A stretch of 64,000 nucleotides of DNA from Alphaproteobacteria bacterium (lineage in GTDB: Bacteria; Pseudomonadota; Alphaproteobacteria; Micavibrionales; Micavibrionaceae). The stretch covers positions 28,025 through 92,024 of the forward strand of contig JAACQG010000010.1 in assembly GCA_009995045.1 (NCBI GenBank), in the 5' to 3' direction. Below, in pieces: positions 10,201 to 16,800 of this stretch (position 1 is the stretch's first letter; every line of letters starts with the position of its first letter). A program made the position numbers and the translations under genes. Below the pieces are notes generated by a model. The model saw only the letters and a list, made by a program, of their open reading frames with translations, was not told where the DNA came from and did no database searches.

Positions 10201-10528
10201 CTTCCCCGAACTTGTTCATACCGCAAAAGATGAAATGGGCACAAAATCAGTCAACTACGTCGGCCTCATCGCCCCGATGATCGAGGCGACAAAAGAGCTA
10301 AAAGCTGAAAACGATGCGTTAAAGGCCGAAATCGCCACGATGAAATCCGGCCAAGACGAGATCATGGCCAGCCTCGCGTCCATGCAAGATGATATGAACG
10401 GCCTCAAACTCCATACTGGCTTTGGCATTGAAAAAGCCAATCTTCAAACCCTCGCTATCATGCTTTTAATGATGATCTTGGGTGGCTCCTGCGTTATGAT
10501 TGCAACCCGCATCAGACGTCATTCATAA
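4217..10528 (+). CDS. giant (2103 aa) chimeric surface fibre: pilin/pseudopilin-like N-terminus, tail-fibre-type repeats, DUF1566-like module, peptidase-S74 intramolecular chaperone domain, C-terminal TM anchor
   Basis: Uninterrupted 6.3-kb ORF with AAGGGG about 11 nt upstream of the ATG. N-terminus: basic leader plus hydrophobic helix ERGNVFFTLFGAVAVVGILGAGIM (4337-4402) and DPWGNEYGY...SAGPDGIFQT (4622-4790), which is GspG/pseudopilin-like. Middle: Thr/Gly/Ala-rich repeats (about 5280-5780); PTANQDAATKKYVDD (about 6130-6180); 6 copies of (V/I/L)GIG(T/N)..P...L(D/H)V.G; 3 copies of G(I/F)L.PRM...(E/Q)R.AI..P; DUF1566-like module at 8042-8518. C-terminus: SDRRLKDNI...FGVIAQQLETIFPELV...VNYVGLIAPMIEATKEL (10046-10290), then a coiled coil and a TM helix (10448-10510). 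Confidence 0.9.
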   Translation: MLHFIKNPLSNKINKSKTCHDKPHASDPLNHPSSHRKTERGNVFFTLFGAVAVVGILGAGIMQTMQGPLNTMVQVNLRERAKSEMSIQSKLALLEATNQANSGDCDSDGFVEPLGHSGAIAGLTGGGSLPTGTKTDPWGNEYGYCAWDAGDTSGTCGGAYSTLLDGDAPTEANNYSVIAIISAGPDGIFQTTCQDHPTLETRGGDDLVENYTYETAVAGSGGLWNIKSGTPTSAEINKDVDLRTESDVFGSTRSPQLILGASSIVLPTDTTAGMTCNSANQNILRVNTATDPDSLELCLLVAPSTYGWRSVAAGATASALADDDTTVTTDDSAPSIVFAVNGTDELTITPSKLEAGSLDIETTGTLNAGAATFGGNTAVTGTFDVNGATTLDALTASGNTTINGAFEATSGATISGGSDPSLSVTGNIGAVDVDLSGDLNLGSTESVNWGDASVNITGDATADSLVFAANTANFDAATTTFDGAVSIANTVTPTADPALDVTGNVDVSGDLDVDGSLNLGGDQLSLGTLTENNAGRILIGQYNGTDATTAYFSSETVGGDASLGKDGVLTIINGAIDEPKMDISNGPTGGDCLKYLSGVLTWQACSGGGGGDGVGTDGLPDVLANDNSANSLKITDLADPTANQDAATKKYVDDSLGSLASDRIQDLDNNTFIEVDTTDDGLTDSIVFTTNGTTRLTFDKVGNADYNGGAGAFYFSRNSGANTAPIVIQNAFGGGAGITFGNGGNVWAQVLGLPTDDLVFNTDVTERARFTAAGDLLIGTNTAAGSAILQMDSTSKGILIPRMTLAERNAIGTPANGLVVFATDAGDAGLLQFYDGTQWVDVGGGGANTGGLWTDLGGDRIHYGDAGTEQVGIGTDNPVTTLDVNGGIRVGSVSGADAPTYLSLASLSDTDVSSASDGQYLTYNTGSGNWEAQSLTGAAVPDGSLDWDKFVDAMTLDTTTTIDMDTNSANLNFDSDTFVIDSADDRIGIGTSSPAHELHVIGNIAIPRGNTYGVNHLGTYTDLISLDSANNRVYGSLGSNTRSRMLILNNGQMNLQTNAQDIIFSSKALNTESARITGNGNILVGTTTEDTSALLNLNSTTSGFLTPRMNNTQRDAIASPATSLLIFSVTDNEYQYNAGTPASPNWVPMSGSACADPTPDAFDFSNLANQTISSVVASNIVQITGVSCAVTVSSSGDASTQLQSCSDATCSTVIQGWSSSVQINNGEYVQARLTTSSTPGATSTTTITIGSASDSWSVSTSGGDCSVANPIPGTVCADGTVYAGKTVDGNVKMYVTRCDEGMSWNGSVCTGTRVYPKWATNGNTSDDSGGGGTVSGFTNTYTLNALVNTNSPFPMADRCATLTANGHSDWYLPATQEYVTILGNKDAIGYFNNTATYFASNQSNVVSALAIRASDQTSIAGAKINTSEVRCARKDGALPPAGTPGGTDGHVQYNEGGNLNGNANFVWDYTNNNLGIGTDTPAAALDVTGNTGEATIIARATDISVPFFQAYGDLDGNPNAPFMNISVVNSTSDRIVVDFEQERAWLQSPEFRFNYLGSDSNSGSQFLFTGNAAGSRLIASDRAQSMVQVSGGFEQTGTAAMDAFIINPSIYTTGDGTTGSGNNLLRVANTGVDQFVIDTDGKVGIGTNAPDASASLDIASTSRGFLTPRMTTTERDAIATPATGLMVYNTTSNTFDYYDGAAWASFASSAGTANALSDTGDGNTSIDVDTDNADTNNTTVFTNAGTQSMIIDATGDVGIGTMADPSEVLHVARTGQDPTIRIQNDGSANSTAIAITDTIANRNSTIRWTTGGNSERAKISAYMGSSGASPNMSLSTGFNTQKTSLALKSPVIDTQNIAAASISYTTDLPTSGNDTGLLISKTDTASNGISLLINAQTDSTTQFSVDDSGIGYFAGNVGIGNASPDVALDVTGDIEYTGTLTDVSDRRLKDNITPLNKHGALIDRINQIETVSFVMKDDAKKRTEFGVIAQQLETIFPELVHTAKDEMGTKSVNYVGLIAPMIEATKELKAENDALKAEIATMKSGQDEIMASLASMQDDMNGLKLHTGFGIEKANLQTLAIMLLMMILGGSCVMIATRIRRHS

Positions 10529-10550
10529 AGAAAGGAGCAAAGCCACCGCC

Positions 10551-13500
10551 ATGAAATTCGCTCTTCGAATTCTAACCGCTTTTGTTTTGATCTGCGCCGC
10601 GCTGCACACGAATGCCGCCAACGCCGCATGCTCAAACCCCACCGGCGTCGAAGGGCAAATCGTCTTCAACGAAACCTCCAAAATCCCCCAATATTGCGAT
10701 AACACAAACTGGATCGCCATGGTCGGGGGAGATCCGACCCCCGCACCCGACTGCCCCGCTGGCATTACGTCATGCGGTGGACAAACCGACGAACGTGTCG
10801 TTTTTTTAACATCACCAATCAACAACCCCAGTACAACAAATACATACAATAAATGCGCATCAGAGGCTGCCGCAGCTGGTTTAAAGGGAACTTATTACGC
10901 TTGGTATGCAAGCACAGATGAAGATGACCCTGAATCAGTATACGAAAAATCCCGCGTCCCGTATGTTAAAGTGGATGGTGTAAAAGTAGCCGATGACTGG
11001 GCTGACTTAACTGATGGAACAATAGACAGCAGTATTGATACATTTGCATCCGGCGACAGCGGTGGTTCTACAAACGGCGTTTGGACATTTGTTCTGCCTG
11101 ATGGAACTTATGCTGGCGATTCCACCTGCACCACAAACCTCTCATCCGGATTAAGAAACACCACAAGCTCCGGCTGGACAACCGGAACAGGATCAGGATC
11201 ATGTTCAAATGGAAAACGCCTTTATTGCTTCGAACAAGGGCAACCAACAACAAAAATCGTGCCCAACGGCCTCCTCGGCCACTGGCGCCTCGACGAAACC
11301 AGCGGCACCACCGTCTACGACAGCAGCGGAAATGGATATGGCGGTACAATGATTGGCGGCCCCACAAGTATACCAAACACCGTTATTGGAAATGGTCGAA
11401 ATTTTGGTAACGGTGATCGAATTGACATCACGCATGGAGGCGCCCTTGATAACCTGAACCAATTTACGATCTCGGCTTGGGTTTTTAGAGAAAATAATGG
11501 CGCCGGAGCACAAGGCCGTATTATGGCGATGCCGGGCAATTTTATGTTGTCATTATGGAATAATAGCATCCGTTTTACGGCCAGTCGCTGGAGTGGCAAT
11601 GAAGGAGGTTGGCGCAACGGAGCTGATCTTCCCAGTGGTCAATGGCATCATTATGTTGTGACATACGATTATAGTTCGACAACAAATATTCCAAATGTAT
11701 ATTTTAATGGAGAGCCTTATAATTTATCCAGAACTTCTGCGCCAACCGGCTCACCGACAAATGTTTCCAGCACTCTTAATCTGGGCAATGACCCATCAGG
11801 GCTATGGTTGAGAAATACTCTTGACGACGTGCGCATTTATAACCGCATTATCTCCCCCGACGAAGTCGCCGCAATCTACGCCGCGCGCGATGGCATCCGC
11901 TACAACGAAAATTACCGCGCCCCCGAATATTTCGACGGCAACCAATTCGTAACCATGCCCGCCCCCTTCCCCGAACCTGGCGACGCCCCAGTTTATGGCT
12001 GCAAAACAATCGGCGAAACATGCTCAGACGGAACAATCCATGCTGGCTTATCTCCTGATGATAATCAGCCAATATTTGCAACGCCAACAGATGCCCCCGG
12101 GGGAGCTGCTTATTCATGGAATGCAGGCAATGCAAGCGGAGCCAGTATGGTCGCCGTTACCGCAGATGCATGTTACAGCTCCGGCCAAACAGGATGTAAA
12201 ACAGGGGAACTCAACACAAATGACGCGGCAACAGCAGATTCAGATTCTATAACTGCCGGCATCCAAGACCATGAAGCCGCCAAATATTGCGACGGCCTCA
12301 GCAGCAACGGCTACGATGATTGGTATCTTCCCGCCCAAGAAGAGCTAGCACTTCTTTACACCAATAGAAGCGTCGGAGATTTATCAGGAACTTTTGCAAC
12401 ATCATATCCCGAACACACATATTGGACGTCATCGGAAGTCAATGACACAGCTGTACAAATATACAGTTTTGATGGAAGCGGTGGCAATAATGCCACCAAA
12501 GAAAACACATGGTCTGTGCGTTGTATACGTAAAGGAAGCTACGAATTAGCAGGAACCGCAGGCCTCGTCGGTCATTGGAAGTTCGACGAAAAATCTGGAA
12601 ATACAATTAAAGATTATGGATCTTCTGGCAAAGATTTAGCGTGGACAGACAATAACAATAATGATTTGAGCGAAGAATCAAACCGCGGCGCAATAGCTGG
12701 AAGTCTAAATTCTATTAATGGTATCGCCAAAATAAATACTATTGGTGACCAAGATTTTTATTTAAGCCCCACGGATAGCATGACCATATCCTTATGGTTC
12801 AAAACAGACGCACCAACAACCGCACTTTTTAACAGTTCTGCTGGTAGCATGGTTTCAACAATTATACTCGATGGCGGGCGCTTGCGCCCGCGTGTAAGAG
12901 ACAGTAATAATGTATTCCTCATTGATACTTATATAGCCAGCAACCTTAATGATGAAAGCTGGCATTTTGCATCTGTCGTTGTAAATAGACTTAACAATAG
13001 AATAAAAACATACATTGATGGTATTGAATTGGATGATCGCGACGTTTCATCCGCAACAGGAAATATCGGCATCCCCTCTAATACTGGAATAAGCATTGCA
13101 CAAACTGCTAGAAATACGAATATTGATGACGTTCGTTTTTATAACCGCGCCCTATCCGCCGCCGAAATCACCCAGATCTTCCAAATGGGCACCCCCGTCG
13201 GCTCCGTAACAGCCCTCCCTGAGGGCTGCCCCAATATCGGCGATGTCTGCGACGACGGCACCGTTTATGCAGGGCTCTCACCTGATGGAGACGTAGAAAT
13301 GTTTACGACACCAAATGATGGCCCTACCGTACCATGGAACAACGGGAATTCAAGCGGCAGAACCCTTGTCGGCACAGACGATACTGCTGGCTACGCTAAC
13401 ACTCAAATTATAATCTCAACAGATGCAGATTCAAGCATCGCCGGTTTCCAACCCCACCAAGCCGCACAATATTGTTGGGATTTACAAGCGCATGGTTATG

Positions 13501-13841
13501 GTGATTGGTATTTACCATCTGAAGATGAAGTTTACAGATTCTATCAATATGTTACAGCAATAAAAAATTTCACGATTAGTGGATCTGTTTATTATTGGAG
13601 TTCGACAGAGGGGTCTGGCGATTCTACAAATAGAGCTTTCAGAAAAAGATTAAGCGACCCGTATGGAACAGGTGTAGATAAAAACACTTCCAATTCGCGA
13701 CTACGCTGCGTCCGCAAAGGCCCTGCCCCGCGCTGCGCAAATCCTTATGGTCTTGAAGGACAAATCATCTATAATTCCACACATGATGTCGCACAATATT
13801 GTGATGGCGCCCGCTGGGTCAGTATCGGGAAGGATAATTAA
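10551..13841 (+). CDS. secreted modular protein (1096 aa): Cys-box, endostatin/DUF1554-like module, 2x [LamG + DUF1566-like], Cys-box
   Basis: The ORF opens at 10500 and would overlap gene A there. ATG 10551 (GGAG upstream) starts the signal peptide MKFALRILTAFVLICAALHTNAANA. LamG-type modules at 11269-11885 and 12564-13190 run from LLGHWRLDETSGTT / LVGHWKFDEKSGNT to DDVR(I/F)YNR..S..E. DUF1566-like modules at 11998-12535 and 13226-13720 show DWYLP..EEL, YW(T/S)S(S/T)E and (V/L)RC(I/V)RKG. Confidence 0.9.
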   Translation: MKFALRILTAFVLICAALHTNAANAACSNPTGVEGQIVFNETSKIPQYCDNTNWIAMVGGDPTPAPDCPAGITSCGGQTDERVVFLTSPINNPSTTNTYNKCASEAAAAGLKGTYYAWYASTDEDDPESVYEKSRVPYVKVDGVKVADDWADLTDGTIDSSIDTFASGDSGGSTNGVWTFVLPDGTYAGDSTCTTNLSSGLRNTTSSGWTTGTGSGSCSNGKRLYCFEQGQPTTKIVPNGLLGHWRLDETSGTTVYDSSGNGYGGTMIGGPTSIPNTVIGNGRNFGNGDRIDITHGGALDNLNQFTISAWVFRENNGAGAQGRIMAMPGNFMLSLWNNSIRFTASRWSGNEGGWRNGADLPSGQWHHYVVTYDYSSTTNIPNVYFNGEPYNLSRTSAPTGSPTNVSSTLNLGNDPSGLWLRNTLDDVRIYNRIISPDEVAAIYAARDGIRYNENYRAPEYFDGNQFVTMPAPFPEPGDAPVYGCKTIGETCSDGTIHAGLSPDDNQPIFATPTDAPGGAAYSWNAGNASGASMVAVTADACYSSGQTGCKTGELNTNDAATADSDSITAGIQDHEAAKYCDGLSSNGYDDWYLPAQEELALLYTNRSVGDLSGTFATSYPEHTYWTSSEVNDTAVQIYSFDGSGGNNATKENTWSVRCIRKGSYELAGTAGLVGHWKFDEKSGNTIKDYGSSGKDLAWTDNNNNDLSEESNRGAIAGSLNSINGIAKINTIGDQDFYLSPTDSMTISLWFKTDAPTTALFNSSAGSMVSTIILDGGRLRPRVRDSNNVFLIDTYIASNLNDESWHFASVVVNRLNNRIKTYIDGIELDDRDVSSATGNIGIPSNTGISIAQTARNTNIDDVRFYNRALSAAEITQIFQMGTPVGSVTALPEGCPNIGDVCDDGTVYAGLSPDGDVEMFTTPNDGPTVPWNNGNSSGRTLVGTDDTAGYANTQIIISTDADSSIAGFQPHQAAQYCWDLQAHGYGDWYLPSEDEVYRFYQYVTAIKNFTISGSVYYWSSTEGSGDSTNRAFRKRLSDPYGTGVDKNTSNSRLRCVRKGPAPRCANPYGLEGQIIYNSTHDVAQYCDGARWVSIGKDN

Positions 13842-16800
13842 TGCACGTTAAAACCGTCATAACGAACACGACCAAGGCAATCCATACAAAAACAATTGCC
13901 GCCGCATCATTATGCCTGCTTGCCATGACCGCATTATCCCCGAACACGGCCTACGCCGCATGTTCGAACAACATGGATGGAGAGGCGGGCGTTGCCGGCG
14001 AAATTGAATTCTTCACCCCCGATAACGTCCTACGCTATTGCGACGATACAAATTGGGTCGACATGGTCTATAAAGGCCCAATCCCTCCCGATTCCAGCTC
14101 CATCGTAAATTTCTTCTCTGATTTTTTTGCCCCCCCCGCCCCGACAACCGAATACACCGCCAACGCGGTAAATTTCGATGGTACAAATGACTATCTACGA
14201 CGCGGATCAGATATGACAGGAGCCGCCGATTCTAAATTACTTACATTCAGCTTTTGGTTAAGACTTGCCGATACCGCGTCAGGCGCCAAAATCATCTACA
14301 ATAATACCGGCAGCGCCATTCTATTATACGCAAACGGCAGCTCTATAAGCTTCGGTTTAAAAAATAGCGCAGGCACAACCATCACAAACGCACGCATCAC
14401 AAACACAGCCGTCGCTAATGAGTGGTATCACGTACTTGTAAGTGTTGATATGGCAGACACCGCCAGCTCGTCTATGTATCTCAATGACGAAGTATCCGGC
14501 ACCTTCTTTTCGCCAAATCCTTTTATTGATGAGAATATTGCTATATCTAAAGCTGAACATTCGATTGGCTCTGCGGCCAATACCACACAAAAATTCAATG
14601 GTGATCTCGCCGATATATGGATTGATTATGACACTTTCATCGACTTTTCCGTCGAAGCCAACCGCCGTAAATTCATCAGTGCCTCTGGCTATCCCGTAAA
14701 CCTCAATGCCGATGGCTCCCTCCCCACTGGCGCCCCACCTGACATCTTCCTCTCTGGCGACACTGCAACATGGCACACAAATAAAGGAACAGGAGGTGGT
14801 TTTACCGAAGGCGGCGCGCTGACCGATGGACCATCCGTCACCCCAAACGGCCTCGTCGCCCATTATAAACTCGACGAAACCAGTGGCACAACAGCCATTG
14901 ACTTCACCGCAAACGGCTACAATTCAACCATGTCCGGCGGAATGACTGCAGCTGCAAGCACCACAAATGGTGTCTTTAATAATAGTTTTAATTTTAACGG
15001 CGTAAGCAATAAATTATTAGTGCCAAACACTCTGGGCACTTCGTTATTTGGAAGTCCAATTTCATTTTCAGCATGGATATATAATGAGGGCGAAAACTCA
15101 GATTCTGATGCCTTTAATTCACAGCATATAATTAGTTTTATACACGATATTCGTGCTGTTTTGTACATTAGAGAGAGTGATCACCCAACAAATCCAAATA
15201 GTTTATTGTTTCTTTTAGATGATAGTGGCGGTGAAAAAATATTAGCAAGCGCAAGTAACGTTGTAAAACAAAACTCATGGATGCATGTCGCTGGGGTTAA
15301 TGATGGGGTTAATTCTAAAATTTATTTAAATGGAATACAAATAGGGTCTCTTCCAGCAGGTACTCCAGATACTCCGTTGGGTTCGAATAGAGGCATTGCA
15401 ATAGGCGGTTCAACTGATGGCACTTCAGAATTTAATGGTTCAATAGACGATGTCCGTATTTACAACCGCGCCATCTCCGACGACGAAATCACCGCTCTTT
15501 ACGACCTCGGCAAAGAGCGCGCCTCCCTCATCGGCCATTTCAAGCTCGACGAAACCAGCGGCACCACAGGTATCGACAGTTCAATTTTGGCAAATAACGG
15601 AACCTATATTAACGGCGTAACCCCCGCCACTGACACAAAAGACGGTGTCTATGACAACGCCATCAATTTCTACTCAGACGTTAGCGTTTCAAACAAAGAA
15701 TTAAAAGCCCCCTCAAATGACACTTATACAAACACATCGGAGCTAACATACGCCGCATGGATCAAACCCAGAGATTTTGGCGGGCATAGAGGCATAATAG
15801 AATTGGTCGATAACGCACACATGAAAACATATTTTAGCACAGATGATCTATCCTTCGGGGTAGAGGCATGGGACGATGGTTTCCATGAGTTCCGTGCAGC
15901 GACCTCGATCCCACCCAATGAATGGACACATGTTGCGGTCACATACAGCTACAATGACACGCCCACCACCGCCCCTAAGTTTTACATCAACGGAAACTTA
16001 TTCACTGGCTACATAAATGTACCTAACATTTCAACATCAACATATACCCTCCCCGCAACCTCCGCGGCTGTCGTTGGGCGGGTTGAATGGAATGGCAGCG
16101 GTAAAAACTTTAACGGCCTTGTCGATGATGCCCGCATCTATAACCGCGTCCTCACCGCCGCCGAAATCCAAGAGCTATATAATGACGCCAACCTCTCCCT
16201 CGTCGCGCATTACAAACTCGATGAAACCAGCGGCACAACAGCAATAGATAGCAGTGTCACAGGAAATAATGCAACAGCAACAGGTTCAAACATCACACTT
16301 AACCAATCTGGCATTATAGAAAAATCAGCCGTTTTTGGAGCAAACAGTGCCTATATTGTTCCACATAACGCAGTATATGAAGACCTTGATCAATTAACGC
16401 TATCTGCATGGGTAAAAGACCCTGCAACCGGAACCTTGTCCTTTATCGACAAAAACAATGATTTTTCATTTCAATTAAACTCAGCCAATAACAGGCTTCA
16501 ATTTGCAGGAGCACGCTGGAGCACGACATCAGGCATATGGCGCACACCGAATAATACACTTCCGTTAGAAACTGATAGCTGGTATCACGTTGCGGTTACA
16601 TATGATACATCAAATCTAACCAATGACCCATTATTCTATGTGAATGGGGATTTGGTATCCACAACTGAGCAAATAACACCCGCAGGAGTAAAAAAAGCAC
16701 CAGGATCGCTAAATTTATTTCTCGGGAATCAAAACAACTTGGCAAACCCACTGGGTGGTAATCTTGATGACGTTCGCATTTATAACCGCATCTTAAGCGC

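Noticed and set aside
4217-10528. Prophage or phage-tail-like particle, because of the tail-fibre/S74 features
   Set aside because: The window has no capsid, terminase, portal, sheath, tube, baseplate or lysis gene. The neighbours are non-phage lectin-type proteins with signal peptides.
10500-10550. The longer start of gene B at 10500, which overlaps gene A
   Set aside because: The extension (MQPASDVIHKERSKATA) precedes a perfect signal peptide starting at ATG 10551, which has its own GGAG. The longer form would bury the signal peptide.
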